Below the pieces are notes generated by a model. The model did not search any database, was not told where the DNA came from, and worked only from the letters and a program-made list of their open reading frames with translations. A stretch of DNA of 63,239 bases, filler included, from Pseudobdellovibrionaceae bacterium (GTDB lineage: Bacteria; Bdellovibrionota; Bdellovibrionia; Bdellovibrionales; UBA1609): NCBI GenBank assembly GCA_030591685.1. It is 4 parts of 4 records of this genome, joined end to end, with 100 filler letters (N's around TTAATTAATTAA, not from the genome) between each part and the next. Parts side by side here need not be neighbours in the genome. Positions count along the whole stretch, not along the records: positions 39,483 to 58,285 come from JAUVAX010000043.1; positions 58,386 to 63,239 come from JAUVAX010000081.1; 2 more parts are not named here. One strand, 5' to 3'. The translations under genes and the position numbers were made by a program. Of the stretch, positions 50,244-59,529 are shown one piece after another. Within the stretch, counting starts at the first letter, position 1, and every line of letters starts with the position of its first letter.

Positions 50244-51665
50244 TTGAAAACACTGAACTTACAATTTGTTCGTACTCTGTTAAGTTTGGCTGTGTATATG
50301 GCTGCCTCGGTTTCCTATGCTGAGGTGAAGGCTCGAATAACTTCTATTAAAAATGAAAGTGACACTCGTATAGTCACCCTTCATAACGGTGAAAAAGTAG
50401 AACTCAAAACAACGATTAACTATGCTTTTTTAAACACCCCTCAAAAAGGAGCTCTTACCAGAAGAAGCCGAATCAAGGCTTTTGCTGGCTATATGGCCGG
50501 CAGGATGGATGATGTTTGGAAGAGTAACTCAGATGCTTCGGTTGAATTTTTAGTCCTTCCTAGGGGCAATATTGATCAGGTTTTTGATCAAATAAATAAT
50601 ATTTACTCCTCAAAGCGCTGGATGAATAAGAGATACCGCCAGATCATGCACCGGATTAGGGGTGATAAAATGGACGCCTCACACATTATTAAAGATGAAA
50701 TGGCCTGGGAGAACCTCTTAAAGTACGATCCTAATATGCCATCTGAAGATGTCAAAAAGTTGCCAGATGATTTGTTTGACGGTTATTTATTAGCTCATAG
50801 GATACACACCGGCAAAGAGCATATTTTGATAGGTAATTTTAGACCTCGCCCTATGGAGCGCATGACAAATATTTTGGCCACAATTCGATTTTTTGTTAAC
50901 GGGGCTGTTGTGCACGCTTCTACTTTATACACGGGGGTCTTGGCCCCAGATGCCACAAGCCTTCATGCTTCGATGGTTGCGGCCCCGGCGGCCTTCTTTG
51001 GTGCGGCTATGCAAAAAAATACAAATAGAGTTTCAAATTTTGTCTCTAAGTATAAAGATTTTAAGATCATTGATAAAATGGGGTTGAGCCATGATGCTTC
51101 TCATGAAGTTCAGTACCTGTTAAGGCAAAGTGTGTTCTCTTTAAGCTTTATAACTCTTTTGAGTGCGGCGGTTGTGGGCGTGAACCACTACTTTGATTTA
51201 AATGCGGCCGTTACCTTTGAGGGGCTAATGAGTACAGGGGTTAAGGCTGCAGGGCTTTCAATGTGGGCCGGATACGGGTTTCAAAAGTTTATTTATGACA
51301 GGCACAATCATGAGACGAAACCATCTCCTCGTAACTATTCAATCAACGCTAGAAATGAAATTAATATTTTTATGTTAAACTTATTTGTAACCGTCGGGCA
51401 GATTTCTTACCAGCTGGCCGCTCATGGTTTGAACCCTGAGGTGGCAACTGGGTCAACAGTATTTCTTGGTGTTATGGGGGCCACAGGCTTAATGACTTAC
51501 CTCAAATTTGGTAAAAATGGGCTGGCCAGAAAATATCAAAATTTTGAAGAGAACCTTAGGAGAAAAATGAGAGGCGGAAAATATGAATCAGCAGTGAGCT
51601 GGGTTAAAAGAGAAACCAGACTGAGCTCACGTATGATTTGTCATAATATTTTTAGTGCCCAATAA
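50244..51665 (+). CDS. Hypothetical secreted/membrane protein
   Basis: AAGGAG RBS plus TTG start; signal ending SYA; several hydrophobic helices in C-terminal half; ends MICHNIFSAQ. Confidence 0.72.
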   Translation: MKTLNLQFVRTLLSLAVYMAASVSYAEVKARITSIKNESDTRIVTLHNGEKVELKTTINYAFLNTPQKGALTRRSRIKAFAGYMAGRMDDVWKSNSDASVEFLVLPRGNIDQVFDQINNIYSSKRWMNKRYRQIMHRIRGDKMDASHIIKDEMAWENLLKYDPNMPSEDVKKLPDDLFDGYLLAHRIHTGKEHILIGNFRPRPMERMTNILATIRFFVNGAVVHASTLYTGVLAPDATSLHASMVAAPAAFFGAAMQKNTNRVSNFVSKYKDFKIIDKMGLSHDASHEVQYLLRQSVFSLSFITLLSAAVVGVNHYFDLNAAVTFEGLMSTGVKAAGLSMWAGYGFQKFIYDRHNHETKPSPRNYSINARNEINIFMLNLFVTVGQISYQLAAHGLNPEVATGSTVFLGVMGATGLMTYLKFGKNGLARKYQNFEENLRRKMRGGKYESAVSWVKRETRLSSRMICHNIFSAQ

Positions 51666-51889
51666 TCAGGGACAAGCCTTTTTAAGACCACTACAATCAA
51701 TAGGTGTTTTCTTTAGGACACCACCGCTTTTATAGCTTGAACAGGGCTTTCGTATCCAAATGAGATATCAGTATTGTTTAAAATATTAAGGGCTGAGAAT
51801 CAAAAGACGTTAGCTTCCCAGCCTGTACTGATATGAGAAGAGTATCTAATATATGGGCAATTTATCTCAACTTGCTTTAAAATTAAGAT

Positions 51890-52366
51890 ATGGACCGATA
51901 TAAAAATATGAGTTTTAAAGGGGTGCAGCAGAGCCTGTTTATTGTTGGCTTTATGTCTCTTATCATGGGGGGCTTTCAAAACTGTGCTGAGCAGCCTTTA
52001 CCCACCGACGAGGGGGGTATTGCCATTGTTGAGGGCGGAATGGTCCAAATTGTAGATCAGTGGTATGAGGGGAAATTGGTTTTTGTTGAAAGTAATTTTG
52101 AAGTTGATGAAGTAGATACAGAGGCCACTTTACAAGGCTTTTGCCAACGGCAGCTCGCTGATGGGGAAATTTTTGATTGGAACCTGGTGACTCTTGACGG
52201 GCAAAGCATCCTTTTAAGTGGGGACAGTGTTTGTACTGGGGGCGGCTTTCAGGTGAATTTAGACAATATTAAAGAGCTGAGCTGTGATGAGAGCTATAAA
52301 GTCCATGTTCAGTCTTCAGACGGACATGAAGATGTGATGTTTCTAACAAAAGTCTGCTCTTCTTAA
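51890..52366 (+). CDS. FQNC-type lipoprotein (likely start ATG 51908)
   Basis: Hydrophobic segment ending GGFQNC, a lipobox variant typical of Bdellovibrionota. Confidence 0.72.
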   Translation: MDRYKNMSFKGVQQSLFIVGFMSLIMGGFQNCAEQPLPTDEGGIAIVEGGMVQIVDQWYEGKLVFVESNFEVDEVDTEATLQGFCQRQLADGEIFDWNLVTLDGQSILLSGDSVCTGGGFQVNLDNIKELSCDESYKVHVQSSDGHEDVMFLTKVCSS

Positions 52367-52392
52367 AAATTAAAAAAATTAGAACTTAAAAC

Positions 52393-53751
52393 TTAAGACA
52401 AATTAAATTCTATAGGTTGCCCTTGAGGGGTTTCGTTTAAATCATCATTTTGCATGACAACTGTACCCCTAATAATGGTGTGCGTGGGCCAGCCCACGAC
52501 ATTTTTACCGTCAAAAGGGGTCCATCCGGATCGACTGGCAGTGCTTTTATTAGTAATAGTTTTAGATTTATTTAAATCAACAAGGGTCAGAGTCCCCTCA
52601 AACCCTTTTGCAACAGCCCCTTTATTTTTAATTTTAAATAATTTACAGGGGTTAAGGCACATAAGCTCTACAAGTTTAGTCAGAGTGAGTCTCTTATGGT
52701 GAATATGGTCGAGCATAAGGGGGACCGATGTTTGAACACCCGTCATGCCAGAGGGGGTTTTGGGGTAAGTGCTCTCGAGTTTTTCTTTAAGTGTATGAGG
52801 GGCGTGATCAGAGCCAATAATGTCAACAGTGCCCTCTTTGACCCCTTGCCAAAGCCTGTTTTGATGATCTATCCCTCTGATAGGGGGGTTCATTTGAGCG
52901 AGTGTGCCGAGCTTTTCATAACACTCTGGTGAGCTCAGGGTGAGGTGCTGAGGGGTGCACTCTACACTGACGAAGTCTTTATTTTCTTTTAAATAATCCA
53001 TTTCTTGCTTTGTTGTTATATGTAAAACATGGACGGGTCTGTTATGCTTTTTCGCCAGATCAACAATGCTTTGAGTGGCGTTGAGGGCGGTGATCTCATC
53101 TCGCCAAACAGGGTGGAGGCTGACGTCTCCGGGGTTTTTTTCAACAATGGACTTTCGCTCAATGAGCCTGTTTTCATCCTCACAGTGTACGGCCATGCGG
53201 CGAGAACCATTTTTAACGACCTCTTCAAGGAGTCCGGACTCTTTAATGAGTAAATCTCCAGTGGAGCTCCCCATAAAGACCTTCACGCCACTGCACCCAG
53301 GGAGACTTTCAAGCTCCTTAAGTTCGTTTACGTTTTCAGGGCTGGCTCCGATGTAAAAGGCAAAATCTGTAAAGCATCTGTTATTGGCGAGTTTCAGTTT
53401 ACTGTCTAGGTCCTTAGAGGTGGTTGTTGAGGGGTGAGTGTTCGGCATCTCAAAAACGGCGGTAATGCCACCGAGGGCGGCCCCTTGAGTTCCTGTTTTT
53501 AAGTCCTCTTTGTGTTCAAGACCAGGTTCTCTAAAGTGTACCTGTGTGTCGATAAGCCCAGGTAAAATATGGAGCCCTTGGGCATCGATAGTGTGGTCAG
53601 AAAGAGCTCCCTCTAGAGGTCCAACCTCAACGATTTGCCCCTTATTAATAGCAACATTTGTTTTGGTCTCAGTAACACTAGCCAAAGGTTGAGAGGGGTC
53701 TGTTGGTACGAGTACGGTGCCATTTTTAATAAGTAAATCATAGTTTTTCAT
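52393..53751 (-). CDS. pyrC: Dihydroorotase (amidohydrolase)
   Basis: PGLIDTQVHFREPG; GG.T.VFEMPNT; HCED; MNPP.R; SDHAPH. Confidence 0.92.
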   Translation of the reverse strand: MKNYDLLIKNGTVLVPTDPSQPLASVTETKTNVAINKGQIVEVGPLEGALSDHTIDAQGLHILPGLIDTQVHFREPGLEHKEDLKTGTQGAALGGITAVFEMPNTHPSTTTSKDLDSKLKLANNRCFTDFAFYIGASPENVNELKELESLPGCSGVKVFMGSSTGDLLIKESGLLEEVVKNGSRRMAVHCEDENRLIERKSIVEKNPGDVSLHPVWRDEITALNATQSIVDLAKKHNRPVHVLHITTKQEMDYLKENKDFVSVECTPQHLTLSSPECYEKLGTLAQMNPPIRGIDHQNRLWQGVKEGTVDIIGSDHAPHTLKEKLESTYPKTPSGMTGVQTSVPLMLDHIHHKRLTLTKLVELMCLNPCKLFKIKNKGAVAKGFEGTLTLVDLNKSKTITNKSTASRSGWTPFDGKNVVGWPTHTIIRGTVVMQNDDLNETPQGQPIEFNLS

Positions 53752-54004
53752 AAATATGTTCTAACACAACCTAAAAAAAAGTACTAATTGAGAATGAGGG
53801 GGTCTTATGAATTTTACCCCGGTCAAGTGAGGTATTTTGCAGACATAAAAGGCCATGCTGTGATGGGGGGGGGAACTTTAGTCATAAAAAAACAGGAGCT
53901 CGATGGGCTCGGTGAGTTTGTAGAGCCCTGGTATAGGACTAATGTTTATAAACTTTTGAATTTCTTGACCTTTTCGCCCTTATTCTGGGAGAATTAACTC
54001 ATAT

Positions 54005-55276
54005 ATGGACTATTTAAGGCAAATTGTTGAAAATGACAAAATGATGATACAGGGAGCTGTGCTGGCTATCTCAGCTTGCTTTGCGGCTCTTATATTTTTC
54101 TGGATTAGGGGCAAAGATGATGAGGGTTCACAGACCAACTCAAACCAACTCGAACAAATAGAGGAAACTTTAAAAAAAGTACTCGCTCAGGCGGGGGCTC
54201 AAATTAATCAAATGGATGAGAATAGTGGTAAAGGTAGCGATGAGTCTAAAGAGAATACAGCGGAGTATGTACCAGACCCTCAGGAAATTGCTCAATTAAA
54301 GACGCTTTTAACTGAGCGTGAAGATGAGCTGGAGCTACTAAAGCAACAGGGAGCTGTTAATAGCGAGGCTGAGGACAAAGTAAAAGATTTTATTGATCAG
54401 ATAAAAGATTTAGAGGGTCGGCTTTTTGAGTACGAAATTATTGAGGACGATATTGCTGACCTATCATTGTACAAAGAAGAAAACGCAAAGCTGAAGGAAG
54501 AGCTAGAGGGTTTTAAATCAGGCCCCCCTCAAGATCAACCTACGAAGGATAAGAGTGCTGAGCCAACAGTGGCCCCAGAGAGCTCTTCAAGTTCAGAGAC
54601 TCCTCCAGTGACTGAATCGGCCAGTGAAGAGCCTTCAGAGCCCAATTTAGCCGTTGAATCAAAAAGTCCTCAAGATTTAGACCCCACTTTAGCCGCTGAG
54701 TTAGATGGTGATAAGAACTTAGAGCCCTCCTCGGGTGAAGAGCCATCAGAGAGCGTCGAGTTGAGCCCGACGCCATCTCCTGAAGCCTCGGAGGTTATAG
54801 AGCCGCCTAAGGATGAAGGTCGCTCCCTTGAAGAGGTCGGAGCTGATATTGCAGATCAGTTGAAAGACCTGGAGGATTTTGATTTGGAGGATGAGCCAGA
54901 GGTAGAAGATAACGTGCCCTCCGGTGATGTGGCTTTAGAGGAGGCGAAGGCTCCCCCAGAGAGTGCTTCTCAGGATGACATTGATGCCCTTTTTGCCTCT
55001 CCTGAGAGTGATGCAGAGGCTTCAAAAGAGGCTCCAGCCGATGAAGCTCTTGCCTCTGAGGACAGTAAAGGTGACCAAGTTACTGATGATATTTTAGCTG
55101 AATTCTCTGCCGCAGTAGACGAAGAGGCCAATAAAGAAGGGGCTTCTTCACCAGGCAAAAAAAATGTCGTAGAGGACTTATCAGACGACGCAGTAGATAC
55201 AATGGTTAAAGATGCGGCCGATGAAGAGAAAAAAAGAACTCAAGAGGCTGAGCGCTTATTAACATCTACTGAGTGA
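54005..55276 (+). CDS. Membrane-anchored coiled-coil protein with long acidic disordered tail
   Basis: Single N-terminal TM; heptad region LEGRLFEYEIIEDDIADLSLYKEEN; E/D/S/P-rich C-terminus. Confidence 0.75.
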   Translation: MDYLRQIVENDKMMIQGAVLAISACFAALIFFWIRGKDDEGSQTNSNQLEQIEETLKKVLAQAGAQINQMDENSGKGSDESKENTAEYVPDPQEIAQLKTLLTEREDELELLKQQGAVNSEAEDKVKDFIDQIKDLEGRLFEYEIIEDDIADLSLYKEENAKLKEELEGFKSGPPQDQPTKDKSAEPTVAPESSSSSETPPVTESASEEPSEPNLAVESKSPQDLDPTLAAELDGDKNLEPSSGEEPSESVELSPTPSPEASEVIEPPKDEGRSLEEVGADIADQLKDLEDFDLEDEPEVEDNVPSGDVALEEAKAPPESASQDDIDALFASPESDAEASKEAPADEALASEDSKGDQVTDDILAEFSAAVDEEANKEGASSPGKKNVVEDLSDDAVDTMVKDAADEEKKRTQEAERLLTSTE

Positions 55277-55396
55277 AATTAATGAATATGAATTTTAAAA
55301 AAATAAAATAGGTAAGTTAAAAATTCAAAAAATCAGGTTCATTCGCTTACCTTGAGCCGATAAAATAAATGTTAAAGCCAAAGTAAAAGGATTTAT

Positions 55397-56116
55397 ATGA
55401 GGCTCGTCACTTTTAGCGTGATATTACTTTTTTGCACTCAAGCTTTGACCGCTTTAAGGTCACCTCTAGATGATGAAATAAAAATGGCTTTAAATTTACC
55501 CATTAAAAATCGAATTAAAATAATATCTAAAAAGGGTTCGTCGGCTTTTTTTAGTTTAAAATCTATGGTTTTTAATGAAAAACTCTCAATGCAGCATCGT
55601 TGGCGCTCATTAACAACGTTAGCCATTATTTTTAAAGAACAAGCAGAGCCTGAAATCAAAAAAGCCGCTCGTTCAAGGGATTGGTTTTTGAGAAACGCCT
55701 CTGTTATAGCTGCCAAATACTGTAGCCCCTCCTTTGCACACGATTTGTCTATTCAATTACTCAAAGACAAGGCTCTTGTTGTGAGAACAGCAGCTGTTGA
55801 AACGCTCAGCGCTATTAACGCTAAAGCAAGTAAGAAGAGCCTTTATAACGAACTCTACAGCCCGATTAATTTTAAAAAGAGACATAGCCTTTGGATTAGA
55901 AAGGACATCGCAGAGGCTCTTGTGCAATTTTCTGAGCCCGGTGATGAGAGTTTATTTATTAACATGCTTGAAGACGTCGATGAGCGCGTTATGTATTACG
56001 GAGTTAGAGGTTTAGAGAAAGTTTCAGGATTAAAACAAGCTCAAGAACAGTCGCTTAAAAAACAGGTGGTGGCATGGAAATCATGGTACTGGTCTCACGC
56101 AGCACGAAAGAGATAA
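55397..56116 (+). CDS. Secreted HEAT-repeat protein
   Basis: Signal; DWFLRNAS, L.DKALVVR.AAVETL, L.D.D.RV repeats. Confidence 0.78.
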   Translation: MRLVTFSVILLFCTQALTALRSPLDDEIKMALNLPIKNRIKIISKKGSSAFFSLKSMVFNEKLSMQHRWRSLTTLAIIFKEQAEPEIKKAARSRDWFLRNASVIAAKYCSPSFAHDLSIQLLKDKALVVRTAAVETLSAINAKASKKSLYNELYSPINFKKRHSLWIRKDIAEALVQFSEPGDESLFINMLEDVDERVMYYGVRGLEKVSGLKQAQEQSLKKQVVAWKSWYWSHAARKR

Positions 56117-56118
56117 GC

Positions 56119-56628
56119 TTAAGAAGCCCTGCGCTCAATGATTCTTTCTATTATGAGTTCTCGCTTTATTCGATAAAGAATTTTTTGCTCCTCTAAACCA
56201 TCAGACATTAAAGACTCTTCCCCTGAAAAAAAATCTTTTCTCCTTTGAAGACTTTTTTTAACAATGACTTTAGTGATTTTTTTACCATTATATCGCCCCC
56301 GGAGAATTTTTATTTTTATTGTATACGATTTACCGCCATAATTATTAACGCTAACGTGTGCGGGTTTCCAAATATCATAACTAGAGATCATTTGTGTTTT
56401 GAGAAGCCCCTTGTCGAGGTTATTTGTAGCCAGTGGGTATTTGCTTAGCGAAATTTGAGCCGCTCTCCATACGTGCTCAAATTTTGAATTTAAGTAAATG
56501 GTGTGTTGCTTGCGCTGTGGTGTTTTTTTTGTCGAAGATAGCGAGCAGCCCCAGAGAGTAAAAAAAAGGGCTGCAATGAGAGGGATACGGATAAGGGATT
56601 TATAAATCAAGTGCATTGCGAGTAACAT
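56119..56628 (-). CDS. Lipoprotein (BamC-like fold possible); start uncertain
   Basis: Lipobox LWGC; F..VWRA....L..YP......D.G...T; SDG.EE..ILYRI. Confidence 0.65.
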   Translation of the reverse strand: MLLAMHLIYKSLIRIPLIAALFFTLWGCSLSSTKKTPQRKQHTIYLNSKFEHVWRAAQISLSKYPLATNNLDKGLLKTQMISSYDIWKPAHVSVNNYGGKSYTIKIKILRGRYNGKKITKVIVKKSLQRRKDFFSGEESLMSDGLEEQKILYRIKRELIIERIIERRAS

Positions 56629-57838
56629 GGGTTAAACGGTTTAAATTTAATGAATCTAAAAACTTTAAGGGCTCTCGCTTTTGCCCCAAAAACATGACCA
56701 CCCATCTGTAACGACGATTTGGCTTGAATTCAAAGTCGAGATCAGGGTAGGGGGTTTCATTTTGCCAGCCCTCAGTCATCTGCTCCCAAACCCGAGCTGT
56801 TTTTTCAAACTTCATTTTACCTTTTTTAATGTCCTCAATTTCTATTAAGCCCAAGTAGGTGCCTAAAGGCATTATGTTGTCTGTTTCTTTAGGGGCATTA
56901 AGTGTGAAGGTTTTATTTTGAAGTCGCGGCCTGGGGATTAGGGGTAAGAACTCAGCCGGGCTTAATAGGGCCTCTTCATCTTGTAGTACAAGTGACATTT
57001 CGTTTAAATTTTTCTCTCCTTGAGATTTAATTTCATTATATATGCTTGCGCCTTGTATTAAAATATTATTTCGCCTTAAAAGAGAGGCCACGTATTTGGA
57101 TTCATTAGTGGAGGTGGTAGTAAGCCTCATTGTTTGACCGGGCTTGAGGTTTTTTAGATCAGTTGGAGATAAGAGCCCACTATCTTCTCTCAGAGCGATG
57201 CTGATCATAGCAAGGGAGCTGTTAAATCGAGGCGCTTTTATCGTGAGATGAGAGCTAAACCGGTTTTGATTCACGTGAATATTTTGTTCAGAAATATTAT
57301 TAGCTAAGGTTACATTTTTTGACCCACTTTGGATAAATTTAAAGTGGTTTATAATTTCAAACATAGACTTTTTAGCTTTAAGATCTTTAATAACTTTTTT
57401 TAATGGAAACTTGCCGTGTGTTGCCACCATTTTGTAAGAGCCGGGTTGTTTTACATAAAAACGATAATTCGGCTTATTTAAAGTTATGGTTACAAAATAG
57501 GATTCTTTTTGTTTGGGAAAGGTAACATTACTTGGTACCTCAAAGTCATAAAAGGGGACATCAATAAGGTCTGTCTCTGGGCTTAGTATGGACTCTAAAT
57601 CTAGGTAAATAAGTTCTGTTCGTTTTATTGCGGGTATGACAAGGCCAAAATCAACGAACCCGTCTTTTTTAAGAGTTCCGAAATTAGAGGTCACACCGCT
57701 AATTTCTAGATTTAAAAACCAAGGGGAAAAGGTTTCAACATGGGGGGGCGCCTCATTAATTTGAGTCATTTGAGACTTAGAGCACGCACTCAGTGTTAGT
57801 GCTGTTAATAGAGTAATAAAAATATTTTGTAGTTTCAT
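56600..57838 (-). CDS. Hypothetical lipoprotein
   Basis: Lipobox LSAC; strong SD (AAGGAAGGGAG); 412-aa beta-rich ORF. Confidence 0.75.
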   Translation of the reverse strand: MKLQNIFITLLTALTLSACSKSQMTQINEAPPHVETFSPWFLNLEISGVTSNFGTLKKDGFVDFGLVIPAIKRTELIYLDLESILSPETDLIDVPFYDFEVPSNVTFPKQKESYFVTITLNKPNYRFYVKQPGSYKMVATHGKFPLKKVIKDLKAKKSMFEIINHFKFIQSGSKNVTLANNISEQNIHVNQNRFSSHLTIKAPRFNSSLAMISIALREDSGLLSPTDLKNLKPGQTMRLTTTSTNESKYVASLLRRNNILIQGASIYNEIKSQGEKNLNEMSLVLQDEEALLSPAEFLPLIPRPRLQNKTFTLNAPKETDNIMPLGTYLGLIEIEDIKKGKMKFEKTARVWEQMTEGWQNETPYPDLDFEFKPNRRYRWVVMFLGQKREPLKFLDSLNLNRLTHVTRNALDL

Positions 57839-57856
57839 TTTAACTCCCTTCCTTTG

Positions 57857-57936
57857 GGTGGCGACGGCTCATAAGCCGGCTTTTTGGCCCCTCAGCCTTG
57901 AGGGGGTCACTACGGCGATGCTCCCATCGGGCCACC
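57857..57936 (-). ncRNA. Candidate structured cis-regulatory RNA (family unknown)
   Basis: Closing helix ggtggc/gccacc enclosing three hairpins, directly upstream of the SD of the 57838 gene. Confidence 0.4.
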
Positions 57937-58094
57937 ATAGAGACAGTTAATTGAATAAAATTGAGCGAAGACGGTCAAGCTTAACAGTTTGAAATAACTC
58001 AATAACTCGCGTGGTCAGAGCTTAAAATCATAGAGCCTATCGTTGACTAATAGAGCTTCGGGAGGTACCTATTTTTACTTTAGATTTGCCTTGT

Positions 58095-58171
58095 GGAGGG
58101 GTAGCTCAGTTGGTTAGAGCACTGGAATCATAATCCAGGTGTCGGCGGTTCGAGTCCGCCTCTCTCTACCA
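58095..58171 (+). tRNA. tRNA-Met(CAT), elongator type
   Basis: GGAGGGG-TAGCTCAGTTGGTTAGAGC; anticodon arm ctgga-atCATaa-tccag; T arm ggcgg-TTCGAGT-ccgcc; encoded ACCA; lacks initiator hallmarks. Confidence 0.93.
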
Positions 58172-58192
58172 TCTCAAATCTAAATTTAGACT

Positions 58193-58226
58193 CAAAAAAA
58201 AAGATCCGAAAGGATCTTTTTTTTTG
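58193..58226 (+). terminator. Rho-independent terminator after tRNA
   Basis: cA9-gatcc-GAAA-ggatc-T9g. Confidence 0.9.
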
Positions 58227-58285
58227 CCCAAAATATATTTTGGCCGCAAAATCTTTTTATGCGATCCAGGTAGTTTACTGCATCT

Positions 58286-58385
58286 NNNNNNNNNNNNNNN
58301 NNNNNNNNNNNNNNNNNNNNNNNNNNNNNTTAATTAATTAANNNNNNNNNNNNNNNNNNNNNNNNNNNNNNNNNNNNNNNNNNNN
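58286..58385. other. Artificial contig spacer
   Basis: N44-TTAATTAATTAA-N44. Confidence 0.97.
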
Positions 58386-58387
58386 CA

Positions 58388-58744
58388 GGGTTAGGGTTAT
58401 CAGATGAGATCAACACCACTTGGTGTATTGTTGGTGACCTAACAGCTCTTTATGATTTATCTGCATTGTGGGCGTTAGCTAAGCAGCCTGAATTAAAATT
58501 TAAACTTATAATTATTAATAATGGTGGCGGCAAAATATTTCAAAGAATTTTCGATGACCCTAGTTTTGAAAACAGACATGGGTTAGGTTTTGAGAGTATG
58601 GCTAAAATGTGGGGCTTGAAGTTTAGTAAGGTTCAAAACGTTAAGGGGCTCACAGGCGCCATAGACTCCACAATTATCGAAATTTTGCCCGATAATTTGC
58701 AGAGCAAAAAGTTTTGGCAACAACTGCAGGGGCCCACACAGTGA
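58388..58744 (+). CDS. menD: SEPHCHC synthase MenD, C-terminal fragment (5' end lost at contig break)
   Basis: Frame open from contig start: IVGDLTALYDLSAL...IINNGGGKIF (TPP-binding motif); followed by a menH-like gene. Confidence 0.85.
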   Translation, partial: GLGLSDEINTTWCIVGDLTALYDLSALWALAKQPELKFKLIIINNGGGKIFQRIFDDPSFENRHGLGFESMAKMWGLKFSKVQNVKGLTGAIDSTIIEILPDNLQSKKFWQQLQGPTQ

Positions 58745-59469
58745 AGGTTGTTTTTGTTCATGGTTTTTTAGGGCAACCAGATGATTGGGCCCACGTGGCC
58801 TCTCTTCTGCAGGTTATAAATGCTGAAATTAAAATTGAACTCATTGATTTATTTAACGATCCTGAGCTAGGCCCTAATCAGTCATTAGAGCAGTGGGCGG
58901 ATCAGTTTATAAATAGGTATAAAAGTCATGAGCCTATAATAGCTGTGGGGTACTCTTTAGGAGGTCGTTTACTGGCCCAGGTTGTTAAAAAGCGACCTAC
59001 GATGTTTGAGAAAGTTTTTTTTATTTCTTCTAATCCTTTTACCCTGACAGAAACTGAAAAGATTGAGCGAGATAAGTTTAACACTCATTGGGCTGATAAA
59101 TTTAAAACCCACGAATGGCCAGCTCTAATGAGTCAGTGGGCGGGGCTAAGGGTATTTAAGGGCTCAAAACACACGCCCTTTAGGCTTGAGGATGATTTTG
59201 AAAGAGATAAGCTCTCGATGGCGCTCATTAATTGGTCACCGACATTGCAGCAGTTAACCGTAGAAGAGCTTTCGGACATTAAGGGCGTTCAATTTTTTTG
59301 GGCTGCTGGTGACTATGATGTAAAGTATAAAGACCTTATTGAAGGCTGGAGTCAAAAATTTCCCGAACATAAGTTTTACTACATCTCCCAGAGCGGTCAC
59401 AGAGTTCATTTTGATGCCCCTGAAAAGCTAACAAATTTACTCACTAAAGACCTGTTTAAAAAAGCTTAA
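58741..59469 (+). CDS. menH: SHCHC synthase MenH-like alpha/beta hydrolase
   Basis: GTGA overlap with menD; VHGFLG, GYSLGGR, G..D.KY, GHRVH.D.P. Confidence 0.85.
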   Translation: MKVVFVHGFLGQPDDWAHVASLLQVINAEIKIELIDLFNDPELGPNQSLEQWADQFINRYKSHEPIIAVGYSLGGRLLAQVVKKRPTMFEKVFFISSNPFTLTETEKIERDKFNTHWADKFKTHEWPALMSQWAGLRVFKGSKHTPFRLEDDFERDKLSMALINWSPTLQQLTVEELSDIKGVQFFWAAGDYDVKYKDLIEGWSQKFPEHKFYYISQSGHRVHFDAPEKLTNLLTKDLFKKA

Positions 59470-59495
59470 AAGAACAAGTGAAATAGCTATTTAAG

Positions 59496-59523
59496 TAAAG
59501 AGTGCGACTTAAATTTCCGATTT
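59496..59523 (+). promoter_or_regulatory. Putative sigma-28 (FliA)-like promoter
   Basis: TAAAG-N15-TCCGATTT just upstream of GTG 59530. Confidence 0.4.
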
Positions 59524-59529
59524 AAGAGA

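Noticed and set aside
53788..53997. 69-aa TTG-start ORF between pyrC and the 54005 gene
   Set aside because: No RBS or recognisable motif; occupies a divergent promoter region
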